Below are positions 52,484 through 63,749 of a stretch of 64,000 nucleotides of DNA, piece after piece (the first letter of the stretch is position 1; the number at the start of each line of letters is the position of its first letter). The position numbers and the translations under genes are program-made. The stretch lies in contig JALDTO010000207.1 of assembly GCA_023515725.1 (NCBI GenBank), positions 68,908 to 132,907 on the forward strand. Direction: 5' to 3'. A model generated the notes under the pieces. That model did not search any database. It was not told where the DNA came from and was given only the letters and a program-made list of their open reading frames with translations. The stretch comes from Amoeboaphelidium protococcarum X5 (Eukaryota; Fungi; Aphelidiomycota).

Positions 52484-53734
52484 TCAGTCAGATTCGTCAT
52501 CTTCATCTGCATTCTCCAGCCACTCGACAAATGGTTTGGCAATCTTGCGGAATTCCTTATTCAGGTCCTTGTCCACGTAACGCTTCGAAGACTTTTAGCT
52601 CCAACTGATGATAACTTCTTCGTCCAGAAGATCAGCTTCATACGCTTCTTTAAGCACTATAACAAACTTACTCTTCAATTGAGGATAGTTCACGCCCAAC
52701 ACACGTTCCACACCTCCGATGAAAGCTTTCTAACACTTTTCATTGTCAGCCAGTAATTTCAGGAAATACTAAGCCTTCTTTGGGACTTGCTGCACAATAC
52801 CATCATCGAATAGAATTTGAACCATCACAGCGACTGCCTTGTCTGGGCGTATACCAAGAGAAGATATCTTGCCATGTAATTCTGCAAGTGTAAAACTTTT
52901 AGTATTCTACATATAGTCAGCCAATTACTCGAGAGGATCATCTCCACCATCTTCACCGTCATCATCTCCATCGTCATTCAAGTTCAACTTCTTACTCACA
53001 ACCTCAGAGATTTACTCAAACTCAGCCTGGCGAGCAGCAACCGCCTCCTCACTCACATCTGCACTCCAGTCATCCAATGAACTCTTGATCTGATCCACAG
53101 GCAGATCTGCAGTCTGTTGGTTGATTTGACGCGTAATTTCATCGTGATTCTCTTCATCATCGTCAAGATCATCGTCATCAAGCAGCTCGTCATCTTCGCC
53201 ATTCTCTTGATCACCAGCTAGATCATCAGCGGAACCTTTACTCTTCTTGCCCTTCTTCTTGCTATCACCATTGGCATCATAAATGCTAGAGCTGGTAGGC
53301 GGGTTCTTCTGGATATAAGTCACCAGCTTGTGTCTCATATCAACTCTAGTTCTCTTACCGCAAGCTTTACAATCGCGTAATATCTCGTCTTTTCCCACCA
53401 GTAACACAGTTTCTGGATTAAGACACTCACCACAGAGCACAAATCTCTGAATAAAGCCATCAAGAGCCACCTGTAGCTTTTCGGCGTCATGCGCACCATT
53501 GACAATGTATCTATCAGCAGCCTCGTTGCATTTTACTTGTGCTCCCAGCTCGCAGCCGAAATACTTTGTGGTGTAAGTAGGTGGGCGCGCTAAAGCCTTG
53601 GCCACTTCACTCATATTGGGAATAGCAGTCTTGATTCCATTTCCTTTGCCTTCAATCTTGCTCTAAATACGCGGCATTTTATAACGGTAAAAGGAGTCCT
53701 TAACATCTCTACGAATATTAACTAAGCCGGACAT
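52484..53734 (-). CDS. TIF5: Translation initiation factor eIF5 (416 aa)
   Basis: [38 protein letters not shown], zinc finger C..C..PET..CKACG, C-terminal W2 domain ending [15 protein letters not shown]. Confidence 0.96.
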
Positions 53735-53899
53735 GATCTTGATTGCGTTAAGTGGCGATTTACATAAACTATCTTTGAATTTTATCTAAATTGGAGCTCG
53801 CAAGATTCAGTATTGGAAAAGAGAGAGAAGAGAAAAAGTCACACGAGATGACAGAACAATTAAGAGAAAGCTCAGAATTTGGTGCCCCTAGTCTTTAAT

Positions 53900-54493
53900 T
53901 TGACACTTAGAATTACACTAGTTTATATAACAATAAAGTATTTGTAGCATATATCACATGGTCCTTAGTCTCTTTTTCTCCTTCGCATAGTGCTCTATTG
54001 CTTTCTCTCTCGACTCAATCAAGTACCGCTCCCTTATCCCAGTAAAAATTGTTCCCAAAAGGCGATTTGTTAATGCATCTTGCACACCAAAATGTCTTCG
54101 CGCGAAAGCGATTACAGCAACTTCTAAAGCATCTCTTCAATATTAAGAAGCAATGTCATCAGCCACACACCAATGATACTTTGGTTCACCCAGATTCGTG
54201 ATATAGGATTGCAAGGGGTATTTACGTTGATACGCATTTACAGTCTGGCCAATATAAACTTTAACATCATCATAATTTACAAAATCACATAAATTTCTTC
54301 CTTGATGAGTAGTCCAAATCTTGATGTAGGCGCAGTTCGTGGTCGCCGAGAAGCGATTATTGATTGGTTTCAAAGGGCCGCTAACAGGACGTAGGCTATC
54401 AAAATCGATTATTTCTCGTAATTTTGTGAGCCCATCCATGAAGAACACGCGGTCAATCATATAGTGGGCACAGTAGATGTCAAACTAGTTCAT
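53900..54493 (-). pseudogene. GIY-YIG nuclease-like ORF interrupted by an in-frame TGA
   Basis: CAYIKIW..KVYIGQTVNAYQR, then ASQY-[TGA 54137-54139]-RDALEVAVIAFARRHFGVQDALTNR, where the Glu helix and late Asn typical of GIY-YIG lie after the stop. 3' limit approximate. Confidence 0.5.
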
Positions 54494-55185
54494 TTGGAGC
54501 TGTAATCAAAAGAGTTTTAGTTTGATGTATTGTAAGGTAATATAACTCTCAACTGTGAATGGCCTTAAAATGTAACATGTTGAAAACGCATAGTCATCAA
54601 TTAGTGTGTTGCGATGCGTTTATTAATAGCACTGGAGTTCGCCAACAGCGGAGCTTGTAGCTTGTAGCTTTTGCTCAGCTCGGCTAGCTGTTTCTAATAA
54701 ACGGTATCAATTGCACGTGTATATAGTGGGAAAAAAACAAAGTAAAATAACAACACCAAGCATATAAAGAAAGAAATCATAATTTCAGCTAATTTTATGA
54801 GTGAAGCCTTTGCAAGCAGTTAAAAATACTGACCAAATAAATATACAGGGACAACAAATAATCAAATACTTTTCAAAATCAAAACGTAAAAAACATTGCA
54901 ATTTGCTTGATGCACAGGCATAACATATTGGATAGGTACCTTATTTTTGTTTAGAGAGCTGCTCTGCCAATTTATCGCCCGGCGAGACTTTTGTCGTTTC
55001 TCGAGAAGAGGCGCGACGAAAGCTTGGCAGCAGGACCTTGGAAGGAGTTGAACCCATCCGCTCTTGTAATCATATTAGAGAACCATGTCTTCCAACAACA
55101 ACAAAAAAAAACTTCTTGTTGACCTAACTTAACTTTAGATGATTATATAGAACCAAGTATGTAGTCAAAAAAGCAAAAAGAATTG

Positions 55186-55258
55186 GAGCGCCTAGTGGAT
55201 TCGAACCAATGACCTTCGGATTATGAGACCGACGCCCTAGCCGCTGGGCGAAGGCGCT
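55186..55258 (-). tRNA. tRNA-Met (CAT), elongator-like
   Basis: Cloverleaf with acceptor stem AGCGCCT/AGGCGCT, anticodon arm TCGGT-CTCATAA-TCCGA and GGTTCGAATCC B-box; downstream T-runs serve as a Pol III terminator. Confidence 0.93.
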
Positions 55259-55272
55259 GAGTAAATACTGAA

Positions 55273-55509
55273 TGTTACAGTCGTGCAGACTGATCAATGA
55301 TCTTTGCCTATTGTGGCTGAGCAACGTTCCCACGCCTCCTCAAGATTATACAATCAAGTTCTCACGATAGATGAGATCCATCTCTTTTGATCATCGTGTT
55401 AATATAGTATTCAACTTATTTACACGTTTTTACCTTGCTTGTCTGGTTAGATCCTGTATAGTCAGTCTAAGTTCCCCTGTCTAGTATATCAAGTAGTCCC
55501 GATCTAACA
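55273..55509 (+). repeat. 5' LTR
   Basis: Direct repeat of 60199-60435 with TG..CA ends. Confidence 0.97.
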
Positions 55510-55510
55510 C

Positions 55511-55520
55511 TTAACACGAT
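55511..55520 (+). other. Putative self-priming primer-binding site
   Basis: TTAACACGAT is the reverse complement of ATCGTGTTAA at 55393-55402 inside the LTR. No TGG-initiated tRNA primer site is present. Confidence 0.75.
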
Positions 55521-55531
55521 CCATAAGTATC

Positions 55532-56503
55532 ATGTCTGACTTCCGTGCCACAACACCTGAAGGTGTAAATGCCGAAATGTTGCATGCGTTGCATAATGCT
55601 CAGGTTCACAACGAGTAGTTATAACAATAGATTGCTGCATATGAAAATTAGCGTTTGTCCACTCCAGCCCAAGTTCCAGTGTCAGTAGAGTAAAATTCAG
55701 TCATCTTGCCTTCCAAGTACAATGGTGAGCGTGAACTGTTCCGTGGGTTCAGAAATTAGTTAACCATCCTGTTTAAAATCCATCCTTAAAGGTACAAGAG
55801 CGACGAGATTAAAATTATGACCGTCATATCTTTGCTGTCCGGTAATGCCTTGTAATGGGTCAATCCAATACTAGAACATCCGAGTAAATATCCAGATACT
55901 TTGGCCAATTATGACAGGTTTATGAGCGCGTTAGCTGCTGCATTCTAGCCTATTGAGCAAATGGCAATTGCTGGGAATCGAATTAAGCTATTGAAGCAAC
56001 TGAAGAAGACTGCATCTGTATACTCTACTGAATTTTTAAGTCTTGCTTCCGACTTAGATTGGAATGATTCTGCACTAATGTTCTAGTACAAGGATGGGTT
56101 ATCTTATCAGGTTAAGAAGATGTTATTAGGATACCCAGAACCAAGCAAATTGCAAGAGTTGATAGACTTATCCATCAGATGTGACTAACGTCTGTCTTTG
56201 TTTCATGCTGCAAATGGCAGAGTTGTCAATAATCAATTATTCCAGAATATCGCTAATAATCGCATTCCGTAATTTGGTCCTGCTAATAATCATCAAGTTG
56301 TTCCAGCTGCAGTTCCAGTCAACAATCCAGATGCTATGGAGATAGATCAAATTCAACGTGGTAGATTGTCGCCAGAAGAGAGAGCCCGTAGAATCGCCAA
56401 TAATTTGTGCATCGTCTGTGGTTAGACTGGTCATTGGAGACGTGACTGCCCATTAGCTGTTCGTAACCGTCCAGCGCGCCGTGCATAAGTCAATGAGCAA
56501 TGA
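55532..56503 (+). CDS. gag: Retrotransposon Gag with CCHC zinc knuckle
   Basis: LPSKYNGER, LSGNALQW, YSTEF..LDWNDSAL..YKDGL, AMEID, CIVCGQTGHWRRDC. Ends at TGA 56501-56503. Confidence 0.93.
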
Positions 56504-59500
56504 CAGTTAGTTAATGAAGATGATAATGGTATTGAAGTAATATTGAATCTGAACTCAATTTCATCTTGCAAAATTCAACTTAACAGTACAATCCTTATTG
56601 GCACATAATCAATCAAGGCTATACTTCTACTGGATTGTGGTGCTGATGTCTGTTTCGTCAGCCAGAAGTTGGTGGATACTTACAAGATTCCAGTGGTTCA
56701 ATTGAAGTAGTCCATTACTGTCAAGTTTGCCGATGGCAACGAGGATCATTGCACCAAGATTATCCATCAAACTACACCCTTATAGTTGCATATTGGTGAA
56801 CATATTGAAACGATTACCTTCCTGGTGACTTAATTGTCATAAGATATCATTCTTGGCATGTCTTGGCTGAAGCAACATAATCCGCTGATTGATTGGATCT
56901 AAGAGAAGGTAACATTTAACTCTGATTTCTGCGTTATCAACTGCGTTGTTCATGAAACTTCTGTCTATAGTAATGCTTAGTCCTCTTCTAGTGTCAGATT
57001 GGAATAAGAGTCTTTAAAATAACCTGCTCCAAAGGTCTCTTTCAATCTGAATTCTATGGTCTAATCCAATAATATAGAGATGGCAGACAGTCATCTTGCC
57101 ATCTTATCTAATGTTGATTCATCTACACAAACAGAATAATAGCTAAAAGAAATTAATTCACCTAGTTCTGCTTCTTCAGCTACTGCAGTTAAAGTTTCTA
57201 CTGAGATTCAAGTGGATGTTTCAGAAATTCAGTCGTTGGTCGAAGAAGAGAAGCGTTCCATTGTTCTGGAGATTGATGATCTTTACACTCAGATGCGTGA
57301 TATCTCTGAAGTTCCGAATAATACTGATCATGTTAATTAAGAGTTGCCAAAGTAAATAGCTGATTATTAAACTGTGTTTGACAAGAAGATGGCTGATTAA
57401 TTGCCGCCTCATCGCGCGTCTGATTGTACTATTGATTTAAAGCCTGGCCCTGAACCATTCTTTGGTAAAGTCTATAGTCTGACTAAAGAGGAAGATTTTG
57501 CCTTGAAGGAATGGTTGTAAAGTAATATTGATAAAGGTTTCATTCGTCCAAGTAAAAGTCCATTTGGTGCACCTTGTTTTTACGTGAAGAAGCCTGACTG
57601 GACTGGAGATAAGAAGTTACGTCTGTGTATGGACTATCGTGCATTAAATAAGAATACAATTAAGAATAAGAATCCAATGCCTTTAGTATCTGATATATTT
57701 AGAACGCTGCAAAAAGCTAAGATGTTTACTACTTTGGATTTGGTTGGTGCATACAATTTATTGAGAATAAAGGAAGGCCATGAATTTAAGAGTGCATTTC
57801 GAACTAAGTATGGTTCATATGAGTTTTTGGTTATGCCTTTTGGACTTGCAAATGCTCCTGCTCAGTTTCAGACTTTTATGAATGAACTGTTGAAAGACTA
57901 GATTGGAAATTTTGTCATTGTGTTCATTGATGACATTATTATCTATTCAGACAATGAAGATGAGCACTGGTAACACGTCCGTGAAGTTTTGGAGATCTTA
58001 AGATAGAATAATCTTTACTGTAATATTGCCAAGTGTCACTTTGCATAGCGAGAATGTAAGTATTTGGGTTATGTTCTTTCAAAGGATGGGTTGTCAATGG
58101 ACTTGCGTAAAGTTGAAGCTGTTTTGAAGTGGCCAAATCCAAAGAACGTGAATGAAGTGTAAATGCTGCTTGGTTTTCTTAACTTTTACAGAAGACTTAT
58201 TAAGAACTTTGCTAAATTGACCATGCCATTCACTCTGCTGCTGAAAAAAGATGTTCAATTCTGTTGGGGAGAAGAGTAGAAGGCTGCATTAGAGTAGATG
58301 AAGAAAGTTTTTGCTGATCCTCAATTTCTCATGCATCCGAATGAAGAGAAGCCATTTATTGTTGAAACTGACTCGTCTGATTTTGCCATCGCTGGTGTTT
58401 TGTCTTAATATGATGAAAATGGTGAATTGCGTCCTGTTGCGTTCTATTCTCGTCAAATGATTCCTGCTGAGCGTAATTATGAGATTTACGATAAAGAATT
58501 GCTAGCTATTCATGAATGCTTTAAAGAATGGAGACACTTTTTGTAAGGTGCTGATCATCAAGTCACTGTTTTGTCTGATCACAAGAATCTGCAATACTTT
58601 ATGGAAACAAAGTAGTTAACGCGTCGTCAAGCTCGTTGGGCTACATTCTTTGCAGAGTTCGACTTCGTTCTTACATATCGTCCTGGAAATAGAAATGGCA
58701 AAGCTGATATACTATCTAGAAGGCCCGACTATTACGTTGAAAATGATAAGGCTAATTTCTTGCGCATTATTGATCCTAATCAAGTAGTTAACGCGTTATC
58801 ATTGGCTGTTTTTGGTTCAGTTGATCAAACGGTGACTATTTAAGAAATTGAGACTGTGAATTAACTAGATTGGCCTCTTTATGTAAAGAAATGGCTAGTT
58901 TCTGGCGAATGGAAAGCAGATTTGCCTGTTGAAGTTTTGTAGTTATGCAAAGATCAAACTAAACATTTCTCTCTTGATGATTCTGGTAATCTCTGCAGAA
59001 TTGCTGATGATGGAATAACTAAAAGTTGGTATTTACATCCTTCTTCTCGTCTGGAACAATTGGAAAGACTGCATGATAAGCTTGGTCATTTGAAGAACGA
59101 CTCAATTGCTGAATTGATTAAGAGAAGATACTGGTGGCCAAAGATGGATCAAGAGATTAAAGATTACATTTCTCGTTGTGCATATTGTTAACTTGATAAG
59201 TCCTAATCTACTTCTGTGTCATCCACTCCTATTAAACCAGTTCCACCTGTTGCTTTGCCCTTTGAAAGATGGGGAATTGATTTGGTATAAGATCTGAGTG
59301 AGACTAAGTCTGGTAATAAGCACATTATTACTGCAATTGATTATGCTACACGTTGGGTCATTGCTAAAGCTGTTCCAAATAGAGATGCTAAGACTGTGGC
59401 TAATTTTATTTATCATGAGATTGTAATGAATTTTGGCGCTCCTTTTGAAATTATCAGTGATCGTGGTAGTTCTTTCTTGGATGAAGGTGTTAAATACTAT

Positions 59501-60226
59501 GAGAAGAAGTGGAACATTAAGCATCTAGCTACTTCTCCTTATCATCCTTAGACCAATGGAATGATTGAACGTATGCATGCTATGTTGCGTCATGCTATTG
59601 CTACTCTAGCTGCTGGTAATCCTTCTCGTTGGGATGAATATTTGGCAGAAGCTGTATTTGGTATTCGCGTCAGAACTCATGCAGTTACTAAGTCATCTCC
59701 ATTTTATCTCATGTTTGGAGTAAATCCAAGAATTCCTGGTGATACTCACCCACCATTGTCATCTATGAAGCCACTGGATGAATTGGAAGAGATTGAAGTA
59801 GAAGGTGCAATTATGGCTAGAACCTTCGAAGAAATGGGTAATGCTAGACGCGCTGCTTATGAACGCTCGTTGACTCAAGCTGAATTGATGCGTAAAAGAT
59901 ATAATTTGGATCATAATGCTCCTGAGTATTTCTTCAAGGTTGGTGATTGGGTGAAGTTGAAGCATTATGGCAAGAGTAAATTTGAGTTCAATTGGAAAGG
60001 CCCTTACAGTGTGGTAGATGTTGGGTTTCCTGGTACGTATTGGCTAATGACTCCGGCTGGCTTGCGTCTTGACTCTGTTGTTAATGAATCTGATTTGGCT
60101 CCTTGGCTTTAACCAACTGTTAATAATGAATCCTTCTTCTATGATGGTACTACAAGAAGAACTAATGCTTTACGTCAAGGTTTTGGAGAGGGAGATAGTG
60201 TTACAGTCGTGCAGACTGATCAATGA
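56504..60226 (+). CDS. pol: Retrotransposon Pol (PR-RT-RNase H-IN), in frame with gag after a TGA
   Basis: PR LLDCGA and ILGMSWL..NPLIDW; [21 protein letters not shown]; RH ETDSSD, DKELLAI; IN H..GH..CAYC, GIDL, SDRG, GMIER and a GPY motif. No ATG of its own at the start; the stop lies inside the 3' LTR. Confidence 0.93.
60185..60198 (+). other. Polypurine tract
   Basis: GGAGAGGGAGATAG directly precedes the 3' LTR. Confidence 0.85.
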
Positions 60227-60435
60227 TCTTTGCCTATTGTGGCTGAGCAACGTTCCCACGCCTCCTCAAGATTATACAATCAAGTTCTCACGATAGATGA
60301 GATCCATCTCTTTTGATCATCGTGTTAATATAGTATTCAACTTATTTACACGTTTTTACCTTGCTTGTCTGGTTAGATCCTGTATAGTCAGTCTAAGTTC
60401 CCCTGTCTAGTATATCAAGTAGTCCCGATCTAACA
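60199..60435 (+). repeat. 3' LTR
   Basis: Direct repeat of 55273-55509. Confidence 0.97.
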
Positions 60436-61384
60436 TGAAAACTGCTCACTATGCTAAATATATAGCAATTGAACAAAACGCTTGGTAATTTGACACTCTA
60501 AAAATGATATCTATTCTCTGCAATAGCATGTCGAGTAGGCTTGTATCATTTGAATTGAAAAAGTCTTACTTTAATTACGATCTGATCGATGAGAAACCAT
60601 TTCAGTTCAGTAATATTTTTGTGTTACGAATTCCTTTTTGGTGGCGTGTAGTCAATCTTCCGCGATTGTTGATCTATAGAAAGTTCACAATGGCTTTGAC
60701 ACAGTCCACGCAGTTCTCTTAGATGTCTAAATTAATTTTATAAGACTAGACACTTAATAAATGCCGGTGATCAACAATCGAAATAGCTTGCTAGCTGTAT
60801 CAACGCAGAACTCTCCATGAGCCTTGAAGGCGGACCCATCGCGTCATGCGAACAGACTTGCAACTACTGTGTTAGTCCAGTTTGATGGGCAGATGTGCTG
60901 GTGGTTAAATGGCTTATTGCAAAGAACACCATCTTTGTATAGGCAAAATGACTGTCCTTTTGTAAACTATTCTTCAGTTCAGATATAGTCTGTATCAGGC
61001 CCAGTTAACACCACTCTTCCTACTGCTCAGTTAGATTCTGTTGATCCGCCGTAGAAGAAGGCCAAGGTGGAAGAGGAGTTGGATCGCTTGTCTCAACCAG
61101 TTGTAAGTTGAAGAGGTACTCGTTACTGAAAGTTTCGCGAGAGAGTAGAAGCATTGATGGGCGAAGATAGAACTGTTAAGCAATTGATGTGGATTGGACA
61201 AGGGTGATCATCAACACACTCATTAACGGGGATAGTCAATGGTTGCTCCTGTTGGGTATGGCGAAAGTCAAATATATATCTAAAGATGGAGACAATAATC
61301 ACGGCTTGTTGCTTGAAAATTCTATTTAAAAGCTGCAGTTAAGTACGTAATATTATTTGCCACAATTACTAGAATATAATCAAT

Positions 61385-62791
61385 TCAAACAGATGTAGTA
61401 TCCGTGCGACTATTATCACGACTCAAAATAACTTCTTCAATGTCAGCACGACAAGATGGGCATGTTCTGTTGGTCTGCAGCCATTAATCCACACATTCAG
61501 CATGATAGTGGTGTCTGCAACCTGGCAAGCGTTTAATCAAATCACCATCTTCATATTCAGCCAAACAAATTAAACAATGAGCATCATCCACCTCAATATC
61601 ATCAATATCAACAATGTCTTTATTCTTGGCGCTATTGGAGCGAGTAAAAAAATTGAATCCTTTACCACTTTTCCTCTAAGGATTGTTATTATTATTACCA
61701 TCCTGACTGTCACTAGCAATTGCATCATTCAACTGTGATAAACTACCAGTCCGTAGAGATTGATACGCATGATACTTCAAAGTGGGAATCTTTTTCAAAA
61801 CATCAACTGTGGTGCCTTATACTCTGGACGGATTATAATCTCCATTAAAGCCGGCAACTAAATTTACACCAGTCCATACATAAGTAAGTCTCAAAACAAC
61901 AAGTACTACAGGCAGACAGAATATTATAGCCAGTATTAGTAGCACCGGGAATAAAATGACAATGTATCCCACTATAACAAATGATAAACTAGTATAAAAC
62001 TAATAAGGCGCTGTAACTGAACACGTTTTAACAGACGTGAACACCCACCAGTTACCGAGTAGGAACCAAAGCATTCCAATAGTCTCAACAAAGCTCCTTA
62101 TTCTCTACTACGGAGAATTGGTCACTCTCAGACTATTATTACTATCGCGTACTTCATTCGCTACTTGCTCACCGTTATTATTGTATCTATGCCTATCACT
62201 ACTAGCACTTGTGGGAGATTACAGGGCAGAATCGGGTGAAATGGGAGTGGCGGATAATGATGATGTCATCGGTCGCAGATTTGATTGACGTTACGTGGCA
62301 GAGCTAGAAGAACCTTATAACTCAGCATGATTATTACTATTATTATTATGACTTATAGAATTAGTGCGGCTATTATCGCGGGTACTAACGTTGGATCGAG
62401 GCATGTCCCTTTGTGATGGCATTATCCTGAGGTAAATCATCAGCGGCAATCGAATGAATATAAGCACAATAAATCCACCCAAATAAACATCCAAAGGATT
62501 CTCGCACTATTCACCATTCTAAATCCCCAGTACCAGCATCGATATTCCCACCGCTACCTCAGCCAGCAAGAAGAAAGAATGTATCAGTAATAGAATCTTA
62601 TTCGCCCGGGATATTTACATAAACTGATTAAAGAAGTTTCTCCGCACCTAACCTCGCTCTCGAAGCCTGGTATTCTATCGCTAAGTCTGCGACTGTGGAC
62701 TGCCTTACTATTGCTGTGATTACTCCTAGTCCTATTGACTATTTACAGCATTGAGTCGCATTTAATCTCCATTAATATTATTACCGTCCAT
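61385..62791 (-). CDS. Multi-TM RING-H2 E3 ubiquitin ligase (468 aa)
   Basis: TM segments (LWFLLGNWWVF..C..AP, IIFCLPVVL) and C-terminal CLICLAEYEDG..LPGCRHHYHAECVDQWL..TCPSCR. Confidence 0.9.
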
Positions 62792-63011
62792 CACTTGGCT
62801 TTAAGTCAAAATATTGTTGTCACTATTGTTATTATTATTCATTCGACCGACAGTGTTGATTCACTGAACGAAACAAAATAGAAACGAAAATCGGCACAAG
62901 TCAGAAGGAAAGTCTGCTGAGCGCGTGACACAATTTAACGCAATCACACAAGAGCCATCGATATAAGGGAAAAGTATTATTACGAGAGAATAGGGTCAAT
63001 TTATTAAATCT

Positions 63012-63749
63012 TCAAAATTCAAAAGCAGGAGGAGAAAGGGAGCGCTGTATATCCAATTCTACTTCATTGAGCATTTTCCACGATTGATAATCGGCGCGCA
63101 TTATCCGCCTGTCAAAATCCCAATTCTCCCAATCATCCTCAGACATTTCAGAGAGGCCGACCGCAGACCGATCATACTCCTTCTTATCATACGTGTAATA
63201 GACTTGTGCAAATCTTGATATTTTGACCTTGGCTCTCTTATTACTTGAGGCATTTTCAGAAGCTACCCGCATAGAGAGGTGTCCATTAGTAGACATTTAA
63301 GAGTCTTCACCATCACTGGAATCGCACGAATAATCGGAAGACGCGTATGAATCTGTCATTTTCACAACTTGGACTTGAAACTTGGTAGATGATGACATAT
63401 CCTCATCATTATCATCGATATTAACTCCAGCTTGAACACCATCTTCTGAAAAACTATCTTCTTCTTCTTCTGATATCAGCTCTGTATCCATGGTGGATCG
63501 GCGATGAGTTACCACATCCTAATTGTCCAAATCATCGGCAATGCTCGATAACTAAGACATTGGCGAATTAGAGATAGCACCAGAGGTTGACACACTGCAC
63601 TCCAATGTGGACGCAGAGCTTGATATAGAATCATCGCGGACTCTTCCATCCGATCGAGGTAGATATGAAGGATGATCAGTCTTGGTCGCGCTCTAAGCAG
63701 AATCAAAATATTACACAAGTTAGTCTTCTTCTTAAATATTGTACTCCAT
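63012..63749 (-). CDS. Acidic disordered protein with a PP1-docking-like motif of the Bni4/Phactr/neurabin type (245 aa)
   Basis: ORFs 63297..63515 and 63012..63296 join via TAA. KVKISRFAQVYYTYDKKEYDRS resembles RVxF..T(Y/W)SxxEYDR. Confidence 0.6.

Larger units (their letters stand above)
55273..60435 (+). mobile_element. Full-length Ty3/Gypsy LTR retrotransposon (5163 bp)
   Basis: Two 237-bp LTRs (TGTTA..TAACA) that look identical; 4-bp TSD TGAA at 55269-55272 and 60436-60439; gag-PR-RT-RH-IN order; polypurine tract before the 3' LTR. Confidence 0.97.

Noticed and set aside
60689-61160. Possible gene between the 3' LTR and the RING-H2 gene
   Set aside because: All plus-strand frames examined are broken by TGA with no recognisable motif; at most a decayed remnant.
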